From the NCBI GenBank assembly GCA_045632145.1, contig JAZQWB010000011.1:4026-68025 (forward strand): 64,000 nucleotides of DNA, read 5' to 3'. Source of the DNA: Eubacteriales bacterium (GTDB lineage: Bacteria > Bacillota > Clostridia > Oscillospirales > CAG-272). Shown piece after piece: positions 1 through 10,231 of this stretch. The notes under the pieces are model-generated. The model did no database searches. It was not told the DNA's origin and saw nothing but the letters and a program-made list of their open reading frames with translations. Positions within the stretch are counted from its first letter, which is position 1; each line of letters begins with the position of its first letter. The position numbers and the translations under genes were made by a program.

Positions 1-2421
1 CTTAGACTGAATACCAAGAGTCTGCTGCTTACACATAATACCGCTGATGAAGCCGTCCTCGGAATAATACTCGTAGTTTCTTCCGCTATAGGTGGATCTG
101 TGAATATTTGCACCGGGTGCATAAATACCTGTTACACCTGCGTGCATCATATCCTCACCCATAAGCTGGCCAACCTCGAGAGCAAGCTGATCGTTATAGC
201 TTGCTGCAAGGAGTGTGGTAGAGGGGAACGAAAGTGTGTACTGGCTGGAATTCAAGTACTTCATTCTTACGCCGAGAGGACCGTCCTTAGTAACGTCCGC
301 AGGCTTTGCAATACTTGTTACCTCCTTCATACCGTGATAACCGGTACTAAGAAGCTTTATCATTTCGTCAAGAGTAAGCTGATCGAGAAGCGCATCCCAA
401 ACAGGATCGTCGAAGGACTTACCCATCATGTCGATAAGATTAAACACGTGCGCAGAACCAAAGGTGGGCATCTTGTCCGCAGGATCTGCCTCGAGGATCT
501 GATTCCACTTGGTATCATCAACCATCTGCTGATTCATACTCAGCTTGGTTGTCGCAGAAGGATATGTTGCCTGCCAGTCATTTCTGGAAAGGTATACTAA
601 GCTATCGGATGTTTTGTTTACGTAAAGATTCCAGTCTGCATCATTAAACTGATTGGTAATAGCATTGCCTGTAATCTCAGACTTGCTGAAGGTTTCGTAG
701 TCATCGTTATCAAAGTGGAAATCCTTAACAAGTGCCTGATTACCCTTGGCATCCATTACACCGTTAGTGTTTTCGGGGGTATAACCCTTTACTGCAAGGA
801 TATTGTTAACTGCCTCGTGAGCATCCTGAGCAACGGTGATATAATAATCGCCCTTTTCACGAATATAGGTCTTCTTGTTATATGCATCATAAGTCTTGAA
901 TGCATCGTCTCTTACAATGATTTTAACGTTTACAGACTGACCGGGCTCGAGCTCGGGAGTCTTTGCATAGCCTGCAAGGTTAACTGCAGCCTGCTCAATA
1001 CCCCATACCTTGTCATAGGTTGTATAAGGCTTCTGAACATAAACCTGAACAGCATCAGCACCCTTATAATTACCTGTATTCTTTACGGTGAGAGTAATCT
1101 CATAATCACCGTCCGCATTCTTTACAACCTCATAGTTGCTATAAGCGAAGGATGTGTAGGAAGCACCGTATCCGAAGGGGAAAGCTACCTCTTCGCTGTA
1201 TTTCCAGTCACCGCTAGAGTTAACAGCACCTGCTGTAGAGGTTGCATTTCCTCTACCCATAACAGCATCCTCATATCTGGTTTCGTAATACTTATATCCT
1301 ACGTAAATGCCCTCAGCATATGTAACGTACATAGCCTGAGCACCCTTCCCCATAAAGTCAAAGTTGTTAGCATTGGTATACATTGACGCAACGGAATTGG
1401 CAAATACGGGAGTAGACTGTGTATTCATAAGGAAGGTATTAACGAGATGTCCGGAAGGAATGGAAGCTCCTACAAGAATCTTACCAACCTCGTTAAGTCC
1501 CTGATAACCGGTCTGACCAACCCACATGCAGCAATCGATATCGTCCTGGTACTCCATAAGAGGAGCAAGCCACATATCGGTAGCGGTATTAAGAAGAACT
1601 ATAACCTTCTTGAAGGTACCTGCTTTCTTAAGCTTGATAACCTCCTCAATCATAGTCTTTTCCTGTGCGCTCATATCGTAGTAGTCACCGCTGGGAGTAT
1701 CTGCTTCTGTCTGTGTTACGTCAAAAGCACCGCCCTGTGCAACAGAGCCCTCGCCCGACTTACGAGACAAAACGATAATTGCAGCATCACCGTAGTTAGC
1801 AAAGGAATTCTTCACAGAATCGGTATATTTGCTCCACGGAACCTCATTCATGGAGAATCTTGCAACTCTTACGTAGTCCTTACCAACACCGGTCTTATAG
1901 AAGTCCCAAAGAGTGGTGTTTACAGAAAGGCCTGCGTTTGTGAGTGCCTTCTTCATATCAGAAGCACCACTTGTACGAGCGTTACCCGATCCACCGCCGG
2001 AATATACCCAGTCAACGGTAGAACGGCTGAAAAGGCTTACCTTGTCACCCTTTTCAAGAGGAAGACCGCTCTCTACAGAGTTCCAAAGGATAGTAGTACC
2101 CTCTCTCTGCACCTGATCTGCCTTTGCAAGTGTATCATTACGAAGAGCGGCGTCATCATATACCTGATGAACGTATCCATTTTCGTCTGTAACGTACTGA
2201 ATAGTACCGTCCTCATTATACTTAACGTAGTTTGACTTAAAATACTCAAGATCCTCACCCTCGGTAGTAATAGTTTCGGTTCTGTAACCGGTAAGACCGA
2301 GAGTTGCATTAATTACACTCTTGTAGCTATCCAGCACCGTACCTGCAACAACCGATATTGCAAGCCAAAGGCACATGTAAATGCTAAGCATAGCCCAGAA
2401 TGATCTTTTCAGAAATATCAT
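1..2421 (-). CDS. Membrane-anchored glycoside hydrolase family 3 (beta-glucosidase-like), permuted domain order; 3' end runs off the window
   Basis: Not in the ORF track because it is open at the edge. Read manually: ATG at 2421 with AGGAG RBS, MIFLKRSFWAMLSIYMCLWLAISVVAG (TM), EGTTILWN...YSGGGSG, and near the edge GIYAPGANIHRSTYSGRNYEYYSEDG (GH3 barrel motif). Paralogous to 10232..13261 and 20962..23868. Confidence 0.92.
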   Translation of the reverse strand, partial: MIFLKRSFWAMLSIYMCLWLAISVVAGTVLDSYKSVINATLGLTGYRTETITTEGEDLEYFKSNYVKYNEDGTIQYVTDENGYVHQVYDDAALRNDTLAKADQVQREGTTILWNSVESGLPLEKGDKVSLFSRSTVDWVYSGGGSGNARTSGASDMKKALTNAGLSVNTTLWDFYKTGVGKDYVRVARFSMNEVPWSKYTDSVKNSFANYGDAAIIVLSRKSGEGSVAQGGAFDVTQTEADTPSGDYYDMSAQEKTMIEEVIKLKKAGTFKKVIVLLNTATDMWLAPLMEYQDDIDCCMWVGQTGYQGLNEVGKILVGASIPSGHLVNTFLMNTQSTPVFANSVASMYTNANNFDFMGKGAQAMYVTYAEGIYVGYKYYETRYEDAVMGRGNATSTAGAVNSSGDWKYSEEVAFPFGYGASYTSFAYSNYEVVKNADGDYEITLTVKNTGNYKGADAVQVYVQKPYTTYDKVWGIEQAAVNLAGYAKTPELEPGQSVNVKIIVRDDAFKTYDAYNKKTYIREKGDYYITVAQDAHEAVNNILAVKGYTPENTNGVMDAKGNQALVKDFHFDNDDYETFSKSEITGNAITNQFNDADWNLYVNKTSDSLVYLSRNDWQATYPSATTKLSMNQQMVDDTKWNQILEADPADKMPTFGSAHVFNLIDMMGKSFDDPVWDALLDQLTLDEMIKLLSTGYHGMKEVTSIAKPADVTKDGPLGVRMKYLNSSQYTLSFPSTTLLAASYNDQLALEVGQLMGEDMMHAGVTGIYAPGANIHRSTYSGRNYEYYSEDGFISGIMCKQQTLGIQSK

Positions 2422-2466
2422 AGTAATTTTCTCCTGTTTTTCTTGTTTCTGATTGGTTAAGGCCGA

Positions 2467-2694
2467 TTACTTTCTAAATCCATAACCGATAAGGCTTACA
2501 GCAAGGCCTATGCTGGATATAATCTCTGTAACAAAAATTGGGAACAACCACCAAGATTCTCTCAATCCATCGTCACCACCAACCTCTGCATACATCATAG
2601 AAGAGACAACATAAACTCCGATCAATGCAATCAGGGCGAAGGACCAGATGATTGCACAAATACCGGCTATGATTCCCCAAGGAAACTTGCTCAT
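2467..2694 (-). CDS. Small two-TM membrane protein upstream of GH3
   Basis: 75 aa with two hydrophobic helices; AGGAG RBS; 45 bp upstream of the GH3 start. Confidence 0.75.
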   Translation of the reverse strand: MSKFPWGIIAGICAIIWSFALIALIGVYVVSSMMYAEVGGDDGLRESWWLFPIFVTEIISSIGLAVSLIGYGFRK

Positions 2695-2786
2695 AATTTT
2701 CTCCTTTCTTAAACGTGATATTTTATTTTAATTTAATTGATAATACACTTTGTTTGATATAATAATATTTATAGCATACCATTAAT

Positions 2787-2815
2787 ATTTTAATATACCT
2801 TATATTAAAAGTCAA
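2787..2815 (-). promoter_or_regulatory. Putative sigma-A promoter (TTGACT-17-TAAAAT) for the small membrane protein/GH3 operon
   Basis: Near-consensus hexamers with 17-bp spacing in the AT-rich intergenic region. Confidence 0.45.
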
Positions 2816-3015
2816 TTAGACATAAGTTAAGAAAATACTGTATAAATTTTGTGCATATCGTACACCGTATTTAGCCTGTATTTTTCATTATTAAACCACT
2901 ATTTATGCCCCACCTTCACAAAAATCAACTCTTCTTCATAATTTGCAAGTGCTTAAAAAAACTATTTTTTAATAAAATAAATAACGCAACAAATAAAAGC
3001 CGACTCCAAATCAAA

Positions 3016-3099
3016 GGACACATCACAGAGGATTTCTCCAAAATGATGTGTCCAATTCTTTTTGTATTAAATTTTCGCAAAAAGACTTTTAGTATGCTC
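3016..3099. repeat. 84-bp direct repeat, copy 1 (contains GGACACATCA...TGATGTGTCC hairpin)
   Basis: Ungapped 77/84 match to 16738..16821; first 42 bp identical. Confidence 0.93.
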
Positions 3100-3146
3100 C
3101 GTTTAGTATTACATGTGAGCATTATTTATGTTCAAAGCCAAGTGAT

Positions 3147-6077
3147 TTATTTTGTCACAATGTATGTATCAGCTACGGGAGGATTGTATGTGTGGCTGCG
3201 GTTCTGATACATTTTAAGGCTTGCGGTACAGTCAAGCGCATTGAAGAATGCAATTATACCTGTAGGCTCGGATGTGGTATCTCCAAGGCCCGCACCGGAG
3301 ATACTTACCTCAACGTTTTCACCAATGAGTGTTGCAAGCGAGCAGCAATCATAGTACATGAGTGCATCGGTATATTCAGGATTCCATCCGTCAAATCTGC
3401 CAATATTTTCACCGCCAATATCACAGAACCAGGTAAGTGCTACGCTTGCTCTTGTAACATCCTTATCAAGTGCTGTAAGTGCAATGGCCTGGAATGCTGC
3501 CTGGCTACCGCCCTCCGCAAGGAACTCAACGCCCTTCTGCCATCTGCCAAGAGGAGCAATGGTTGTGCCATTGAATGTAATAGTGCCGTAACTATTATCT
3601 CCGATATATGCCTTCAAGAAACGAGCTGCCATAATATTTCTGATAAACATCTTTTTGAAATAAACGGTATCTCTGTTCTGGTTTTCTGTAATATCGAAGC
3701 CATAATCTTCGGGAGCAGAAGCATTGGGATCGTCAAGATGATAGCTGTGAGCACAAATAGTAAATACAGCCGCATCACTTGTAAAAGCGGGAGAAGGCTT
3801 TTTGGTGTTACCGTAACTCACAAATGAAGCCTTAAGTCTAATGGAATCACCGTTAACAGGAACAGTAAGATAACCTGTAGCAAACTCGCCACCACCAACG
3901 TCGATCTCTACAAGGTAAAGCTTATGAGTTGCAACCTTATCTGTATTGTAATCAGCAACGTTAAGCTCTTCAAATCTTATGAGATTGATATTGCCTGTGT
4001 AACAACCGTTAACAACAGCCGACCAATAGCTTTCAAGATCGGAGGGGGCAGAACCGTAGGACTGGATATCATTAAATCCTGCTACAGCACCACCGCGGAA
4101 GCAAAGATCTTCTTTGGCACCGTTGCGGTTCTTTATGTAAAGTCCACTGCTCTTCTTCTGTATATTCTTGTTTGCATCACAAACGTAAGCTGTAACTCTG
4201 AGAGTACCAGCCTTAGACATACTTCCCTTTACGGTGAAATATCCCTTAGAGCCGTCAACATAGCCCTCAGTCTTTGCCTGTCCATCCTCACCCTCTATGC
4301 TGTAGTAGAAATAGGGGGCAGAAACGATCTTGTCATCAGCATAAAGATAAATGTCAAAGCTCATCTCCTCGCCAACAGCATACTTAAGAGCGTCCTTATT
4401 GCTGGAGCCAACAAAATAAAGCTCGGTATCGGGATTTGCAGAAACAACGTCAAATACGCTTTCAACGTTACTGCTATAATCACCGCCATACACAAAATCC
4501 ACCTTGGGAATATCAAAGCTTGTGTTTTCCATAGAAGCGAATTTAACGCCGCCTGCCTTGAAGTCAAAGCCCATTACGAGTATGCCGTAGTTGTCACCCT
4601 CTTCGGTGCAAATAAACTGCTTAATATCCGAGTAGTTAAGAATGAAGGTGATCTTGTCATCGGTCTTGGATACCTCAACCTCTCCAAGTGCCTTGTCCTT
4701 ATAAATAAAGGTTGCGCCACCTCTATAAAGGCCTGCGTGTGTTGCACCGGACTTACAGGTGTTCCATGTAACCTGGCTAAAATCTGCATCACTTACGCCT
4801 GCACCGGGAAGGAAGCCGTATGCACTTGCAAGAGTATCAGCGGTAATAGTGCTGCCACCCTCATAGAAAGTGAATGTAAATTCAAACTTACCGTCATTCT
4901 TGTTAGCATCGAATCCGGGATCGGCAAGAATGTTTGCTACGTTAAACTTAAAGATAGGTCTTGAAGAGTCCTTATTTGTTCCAACGTAAGAATAGGTATC
5001 TCTGGGATCATCCTTATTTGAAGAGCTGATATACGTATCGGCAATAATATTACCCTCTACATAGGTCTTACCCTCAGTAGATCCGCCACCACCGATATCA
5101 CCGCCACCGGGATTATCAGAAGGAAGGTCATATTTACCACTGTTATTGGGATTGGGATCCTTGTCTGCACCCACATAGTAGTGATCTCTGTCATCTACAA
5201 AGCTGTATCCTGTGCCTGTTACAAGTGTCTTGAAGATATTAAAGTATCTGTAACCGAACACACGAAGGCTGGGAGCATCGAAGTGGATAATATCCTCGTT
5301 GAGAGAAAGTCCCTCTGCATCAGCAACACCATAGTTCTTATAAACAGAGCTAAGCTGATTAAGCTGGGCGTGGAATGTTTCTCTCTGGTTTACGTTAGTG
5401 CTTATTTCACGGAGCTCGCCTGTGATAATAACGATCTTATCCGCATCAAGACCAAGCTCTGCAATCATTGCATCAAGAATGGTCTGAAGCTTTTCTGCAT
5501 AGGAAGAATGGTTGGATCTGTTGGATTCACCCTGATGCCAAAGTATTGCACAGATTTCAGAGGTCTTCTGAGCCTCCTTTGCTCTTGCGATAGCATCATT
5601 GTAATATGTACCGCCAACCTTCCAGTCGGAAATAGATGTGCCGCCCATAGCAGCAGGAATAAGACCAAGCTCGCAATCGAAGGTTTCAACAAAAGCCTTT
5701 GCAAAGGATGCCGCAAGGCCTACACCTGCAGCAGACTTATCATAATGAATAGGCTCCTGCATCTTAACCCACTCGTTAGAGGAGTTAAGCATAGTAATTC
5801 TATCGTCACTGATAGGTTCTACGTCCTCGGCAAATCCGCGGCCTGCCATATTAGACTGACCTATAAGAAGAACCGACTGCTTGCCTGTATAAAAATCTGT
5901 ATAGTCCTCATTGCCGTTATTTTCATTGCCGGGGTTTTCGTTACCACCGTTTTCATTACCGCCACTCTGATTATTATCAGGATTTACGTCAGGGGTAAAG
6001 AACGAGCAAGCGGACATAACAGATATTAAAATGGCAATAATAAGTACCAAACTTACTATTCTGCTTAATTTTTTCAC
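3147..6077 (-). CDS. Lipoprotein, bifunctional carbohydrate esterase: SASA/CE6-like SGNH esterase + DNRLRE/CBM96-like module + CE7-like acetylxylan esterase
   Basis: GTG start; lipobox VMSAC; SASA motifs GQSNMAG, WHQGESN, DIIHFD; C-terminal alpha/beta hydrolase with GGSQ (Ser), GLGDTT (Asp), NRSH (His). Confidence 0.85.
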   Translation of the reverse strand: MKKLSRIVSLVLIIAILISVMSACSFFTPDVNPDNNQSGGNENGGNENPGNENNGNEDYTDFYTGKQSVLLIGQSNMAGRGFAEDVEPISDDRITMLNSSNEWVKMQEPIHYDKSAAGVGLAASFAKAFVETFDCELGLIPAAMGGTSISDWKVGGTYYNDAIARAKEAQKTSEICAILWHQGESNRSNHSSYAEKLQTILDAMIAELGLDADKIVIITGELREISTNVNQRETFHAQLNQLSSVYKNYGVADAEGLSLNEDIIHFDAPSLRVFGYRYFNIFKTLVTGTGYSFVDDRDHYYVGADKDPNPNNSGKYDLPSDNPGGGDIGGGGSTEGKTYVEGNIIADTYISSSNKDDPRDTYSYVGTNKDSSRPIFKFNVANILADPGFDANKNDGKFEFTFTFYEGGSTITADTLASAYGFLPGAGVSDADFSQVTWNTCKSGATHAGLYRGGATFIYKDKALGEVEVSKTDDKITFILNYSDIKQFICTEEGDNYGILVMGFDFKAGGVKFASMENTSFDIPKVDFVYGGDYSSNVESVFDVVSANPDTELYFVGSSNKDALKYAVGEEMSFDIYLYADDKIVSAPYFYYSIEGEDGQAKTEGYVDGSKGYFTVKGSMSKAGTLRVTAYVCDANKNIQKKSSGLYIKNRNGAKEDLCFRGGAVAGFNDIQSYGSAPSDLESYWSAVVNGCYTGNINLIRFEELNVADYNTDKVATHKLYLVEIDVGGGEFATGYLTVPVNGDSIRLKASFVSYGNTKKPSPAFTSDAAVFTICAHSYHLDDPNASAPEDYGFDITENQNRDTVYFKKMFIRNIMAARFLKAYIGDNSYGTITFNGTTIAPLGRWQKGVEFLAEGGSQAAFQAIALTALDKDVTRASVALTWFCDIGGENIGRFDGWNPEYTDALMYYDCCSLATLIGENVEVSISGAGLGDTTSEPTGIIAFFNALDCTASLKMYQNRSHTYNPPVADTYIVTK

Positions 6078-6092
6078 TGTTTTTCTCCTATT

Positions 6093-6120
6093 AAGGCTGG
6101 AAGGTTTCCCTTCCAGCCTT
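6093..6120 (-). other. Intra-operon stem-loop (12-bp perfect stem, no U-tract in the sense direction)
   Basis: AAGGCTGGAAGG-TTTC-CCTTCCAGCCTT between co-oriented genes. Confidence 0.7.
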
Positions 6121-6128
6121 GAGTTTTA

Positions 6129-8489
6129 TTACTTGGTATAGGTTACCTTTACTGCAGGAGCAGCATAAGTTTCATTCTCCATGGATGCGAACTTAATGGT
6201 CTGGTTAAAATCAAAGCCCATTGCAATATCACCGTAATTATCGCCTGCGGTTGTGCAGATAAGATGCTCAATAGCAGTGTAATCAAGAGTATAGGTGATG
6301 TAAAGAACGCCGTCAACCTCACTGAGAGTATAGTAAGCAGAAGCTACGTCCTTAGTCTGGTTAAGAATAATAATACTGAGGTTAGCATTAGTATCCTTTC
6401 TGTAGAACTGAGAATTTACTCCTGTATCCTTACAGCTATTCCATGTGAGAACGGTATAATCAACGTCACTTACACCTGCACCGGGAAGGAAACCGTAAAT
6501 GCTGAACTTTGCACCGTCAACATCAAAGAGATCTGCAGTACCTGTAGAAATAGCAAATGTGAACTCTACCTTTGCGGTGTCCTTGTTTGCCTGAAGTTCT
6601 GCACTGTTGAGAGCATCCGCAAGATTGAACTCAAAGATGGGTCTAAAGTTCTTACCGTTGTTACAGTTGATTTCGGTTTTGTCAGCAAAATTCTTGTTAC
6701 CGCTACTGCTATCACTGGTGATATATGTATCCTGCTTGATAGTACCGTTAACGGTTACTTCCTTCTCTTCAGCCTTAAGCTCACCGTACTGCTGACCACA
6801 GCCCTCACAGGTTGCCTTCTCGGTCTCAGTTGCTGTACCACCAAAGTGAGCTACAGCCCCGGTGGAATTACCACAGTTGTTTGCACACTCGGTCCAGTGA
6901 TAATCAGCATCAAACTTGGTCTGCATATCGTGACCAAGAGCAGCTACCTCATTTGCAGTATAAACGCTACCGCATCTACAGGTATAAGTAGTGAAGCCGG
7001 CATTCTCACAGTCAGGAGCAGTTACGGATGCAGAATAATCATGAACGTGAGTAGAAACCTCACCGTATTTTACACCACAGGTCTCGCAAGTAGCCTTTTC
7101 TTCCTCTGTTGCAGTGCCACCGGAGTGAGCAGAAGAATTAAGCTTTTCTTCACAGTTAACGCAATTGTTCCAATGGAAGCTTTCGTCGTTAGACCAAACA
7201 GAATCAGCTATATGACCAATAGCAGTAATAATCTCGTTCTCTACACCGTTCTCACAAAGAGTACAGGTTCTCTGCTTTGCACCATCTGCGGTACAGGTAG
7301 CGGGAGTAATAACGTCCCACTCACCGAACACGTGCTCGTTAATAGTTTCGGTCTTGAAGTAATCGTCACCGTGCTCACCGCAACGGCAGGACTTGTAGTA
7401 ATAAGTAGCCTCACCGCAGTTAGCAGAGATGAAATACTGCTCGCTCTCGATTCTCTGATCGAATGCGTGAAGGTGGCTGTCATCAACGATAACCTTAACA
7501 GAAGGAGCAGCGACGCCCTCCATAGAGGAGATCTTTACACCACTCTGCTGAGCTCTGAAGGTAAAGATTGCATTACCGTCAGCATCGATGAAGTCCTTGA
7601 TCTGGCCATAAGTAAATGTAAGAGTAAGAAGGTTATCAGTGTAGGAAACGTGGTGGCTACCTACCGCCTGATCAATGGGATAAACAGCGTTAGCCCAGTC
7701 AAATGCGGTATTTCTGATTGCGTTCCAAGTGATAGAAGCAAAATCAATATCGCTTACGCCCTCACCGGGAATGTAACCACCAAAGGTGAATGTACTTGTC
7801 TCGGTATAAGCACCCTCAACTATTGTGAAGCTGAACTGTACCTTTGCATTGTCAATATCAGCAAGGAACTGCTCGTTAGAGAGGATATTACTGAAGTTAA
7901 ACTTAAAGAATACTCTGAAGGTAGATGAGTTAGTACCCATGGTCTCTTTGCCGATATAGTTATCATTCTTCTTATCAGCAGAAACATAGGTATCCTCTAC
8001 AAGAGAACCGTTAAGAACAAGAACGAACTTGGATGCGTTAACAACCACGGTAGTGGAGAATTCGCCACAGTTTACTGTAACGGTGTTCTCGCCTTCATTT
8101 GCAAGAGTTGCGTTCTCAAGAGTAACCTCATCGGTTACTTCAAGGCTTGCACCACACTCACAGTTAGCGGTTACCTGGAAATCAGACGCAGATGCAACAT
8201 CACCCTGCATATAATCTTCCTTAGTGCATACCGCACTGATATAAACGATAGTGTGACCAAGAGCAGCATCACCGGGACGAAGCTCCTCCTCGCCGCACTC
8301 ACACTTTCTAACCTCTACCTCTGCGTTCTCACAGTCGGCAGCGGTTTTGGTTTCCCACTCACCAAAGCTATGCACATGAGAGTTGGTTACACCGAGGAGA
8401 TCACAAAGGATACCGTCGATAACCTCAGCACAGGAGCAAAGGCTTACAAGGAGCACAAGGGAAACAAGAATCAACAAAAACTTTTTCAT
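6129..8489 (-). CDS. Lipoprotein with Cys/His-rich repeats and two DNRLRE/CBM96-like modules; no obvious catalytic domain
   Basis: Lipobox LCSC; HVHSFGEW..C...C.CG-type repeats; two modules with DTY[VI]..R..F.FN..TWN..[IF][SA]SME..AP.VKV. Confidence 0.8.
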   Translation of the reverse strand: MKKFLLILVSLVLLVSLCSCAEVIDGILCDLLGVTNSHVHSFGEWETKTAADCENAEVEVRKCECGEEELRPGDAALGHTIVYISAVCTKEDYMQGDVASASDFQVTANCECGASLEVTDEVTLENATLANEGENTVTVNCGEFSTTVVVNASKFVLVLNGSLVEDTYVSADKKNDNYIGKETMGTNSSTFRVFFKFNFSNILSNEQFLADIDNAKVQFSFTIVEGAYTETSTFTFGGYIPGEGVSDIDFASITWNAIRNTAFDWANAVYPIDQAVGSHHVSYTDNLLTLTFTYGQIKDFIDADGNAIFTFRAQQSGVKISSMEGVAAPSVKVIVDDSHLHAFDQRIESEQYFISANCGEATYYYKSCRCGEHGDDYFKTETINEHVFGEWDVITPATCTADGAKQRTCTLCENGVENEIITAIGHIADSVWSNDESFHWNNCVNCEEKLNSSAHSGGTATEEEKATCETCGVKYGEVSTHVHDYSASVTAPDCENAGFTTYTCRCGSVYTANEVAALGHDMQTKFDADYHWTECANNCGNSTGAVAHFGGTATETEKATCEGCGQQYGELKAEEKEVTVNGTIKQDTYITSDSSSGNKNFADKTEINCNNGKNFRPIFEFNLADALNSAELQANKDTAKVEFTFAISTGTADLFDVDGAKFSIYGFLPGAGVSDVDYTVLTWNSCKDTGVNSQFYRKDTNANLSIIILNQTKDVASAYYTLSEVDGVLYITYTLDYTAIEHLICTTAGDNYGDIAMGFDFNQTIKFASMENETYAAPAVKVTYTK

Positions 8490-8515
8490 GTTTTTCTCCT
8501 TAATTTATTTAGTTT

Positions 8516-10219
8516 TTAATTACCGCAATAGAAGCCGATAGACTTCTTATAGCTGTTGCCGAAGAAGTCAGGCACGTCGGCTACAACCTTACCTACACCA
8601 AGTGCAGGGGAGTTGGCATCAACCTTATAATCGTGAAGATTATCGATACCGAGGATGCTATCCTCCTGAAGATAACCTGCGAAGAGGGGATCCTTATCGT
8701 AAATACCGTTCTTATTAAGAGATTTGAAGTATTCAAGATTCTCAATAGAACTGCCATATTCGTTATAGATAAGGTTGTTCTCTGCCGTCATAGAATGGTT
8801 ACTGCTTATGCCAATCTTAGCAGTTGCAGAACGGTTATAAATAATGTTGTTGTAGAAGAACGAAACTCTACCGGAGCCATTCGACTGAATGATATATTCT
8901 GTATCGTACGAGGTTACTATTGTATTATTGTACACATAAATTCCGGCAGAAACGTAATTGATGTAAATAATACCCTTATTTCCCTTATCATTTACAGAAA
9001 GGTTATATCTTACGATCGCCACGTCATTACCCTCGGTACAGTTGAGGAAAAGACCAAAGGAATTATCGTGGGAATAGTTGTACTGCCAAACGGTGTACTT
9101 ACTGTCAAGGTCAGCATCAAGCATACATCCGTCCTGAAGCTTGCCGTCGCTGTCGCGCCCTCTTGCCAGATTGCGATAGCCTTCGTTGTACTGAATAACA
9201 GTGCCATCAACCGAACGAGTTACTATGGTGTTACCCGAAACGCAATACTTGGCAGTATCGTGAACAACGTTGTATTCAATAAGACCACCCAAAAGATTAC
9301 GTGCAAAGATAGCGTTCTTACCGATGTGGCTGATCTCATTGCCATCAATATGTACGTTGAGGTGTGCCAGATCCTTGAACTCATCGGTATAGGGACTGAT
9401 CATTGTTGCAGAAACGCTATCGGCAGATTTCTGAACTACCTTATGCCAGGTTGCAATTCCAACATTTGAAACCTCGGTAATAGTACATCCCTTAATAGTA
9501 AGTCCATCCACCCTACCAAGTCCGTCGTTAGACCATACGTGGATACCGCCTGTGATCTTGGACCACATTGCCATGCCGCTGTTTTCAGCATCGCGATAAC
9601 CAACAATATCGTGAATGTAAAGATTTTTAAGAGTTATGCTCTTGTAAGTGATAATATCGTCATTACCCTTGTTATTATTGCAGGTAATGAGAACACCACG
9701 TCTGTCACCCTCGGTTTTGGCGGAGTCGGTGATCTCCAAATTCTCAACTACAATGTAACTGCAATTAATAATATGAAGCACACCGCTTCCCTGGAGATTA
9801 TTACCGTCGATCTTGGGCATATCACCCTTTCCGTATGCGGTAACAACAATAGGCTCGTCCTCTGTTCCTGCAATGTTTTTAAGAGTGAGCTTGCCAACAA
9901 AGGAGCTGCCTCGCTCTATGTAGATATAGCTGCCGGGCTGGATAGTAAGATCCGCAATAGCATCTAAGCTATTGTAGGGTTTTTCCTGAGTACCATCACC
10001 ACCGTCAGCCGCCGAGGAGGAGAAGAAAACACCCTTATCACTGAGCTTTTCTTCCTCGTCCTCAGGAGGATTGTTTCCTGCAGGAGGATTATTTCCTGCA
10101 GGAGGGTTGTTTCCTGCAGGCGGCGTGTTAACGCCGCCAAAGTTGCAGGATGATATAGATGTTATAAGTGTGCAAATCGAAATGCACAAAGCAATAATTC
10201 GAACTATTTTATTCTTCAC
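8516..10219 (-). CDS. Lipoprotein with right-handed parallel beta-helix (pectin-lyase-like fold; putative polysaccharide lyase/hydrolase)
   Basis: GTG start; lipobox ISSC; PPAGNN linker; DGGDGTQEKPYNSL, IYIERGSSF, QYNEGY, DGCMLDAD, QYNYSHDN, VRYNLSVND beta-helix signatures. Confidence 0.82.
   Translation of the reverse strand: MKNKIVRIIALCISICTLITSISSCNFGGVNTPPAGNNPPAGNNPPAGNNPPEDEEEKLSDKGVFFSSSAADGGDGTQEKPYNSLDAIADLTIQPGSYIYIERGSSFVGKLTLKNIAGTEDEPIVVTAYGKGDMPKIDGNNLQGSGVLHIINCSYIVVENLEITDSAKTEGDRRGVLITCNNNKGNDDIITYKSITLKNLYIHDIVGYRDAENSGMAMWSKITGGIHVWSNDGLGRVDGLTIKGCTITEVSNVGIATWHKVVQKSADSVSATMISPYTDEFKDLAHLNVHIDGNEISHIGKNAIFARNLLGGLIEYNVVHDTAKYCVSGNTIVTRSVDGTVIQYNEGYRNLARGRDSDGKLQDGCMLDADLDSKYTVWQYNYSHDNSFGLFLNCTEGNDVAIVRYNLSVNDKGNKGIIYINYVSAGIYVYNNTIVTSYDTEYIIQSNGSGRVSFFYNNIIYNRSATAKIGISSNHSMTAENNLIYNEYGSSIENLEYFKSLNKNGIYDKDPLFAGYLQEDSILGIDNLHDYKVDANSPALGVGKVVADVPDFFGNSYKKSIGFYCGN
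10063..10123. repeat. 18-bp tandem repeat x3.4 encoding a PPAGNN linker
   Basis: CAGGAGGATTGTTTCCTG / CAGGAGGATTATTTCCTG / CAGGAGGGTTGTTTCCTG / CAGGCGG. Confidence 0.9.
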
Positions 10220-10231
10220 TTATTTTACCTC

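Noticed and set aside
100-2235. Plus-strand ORFs 100..600, 715..1386, 1447..2235
   Set aside because: Antisense shadows of the edge-truncated GH3 on the minus strand; no RBS or family motifs.
2905-3207. ORFs 2905..3207 (+) and 2925..3122 (-)
   Set aside because: AT-rich intergenic sequence spanning the 84-bp repeat; no RBS and no protein-like composition.
10063-10123. 18-bp repeats as a possible CRISPR or contingency locus
   Set aside because: In-frame linker repeats with synonymous variation, no spacers, no cas genes.
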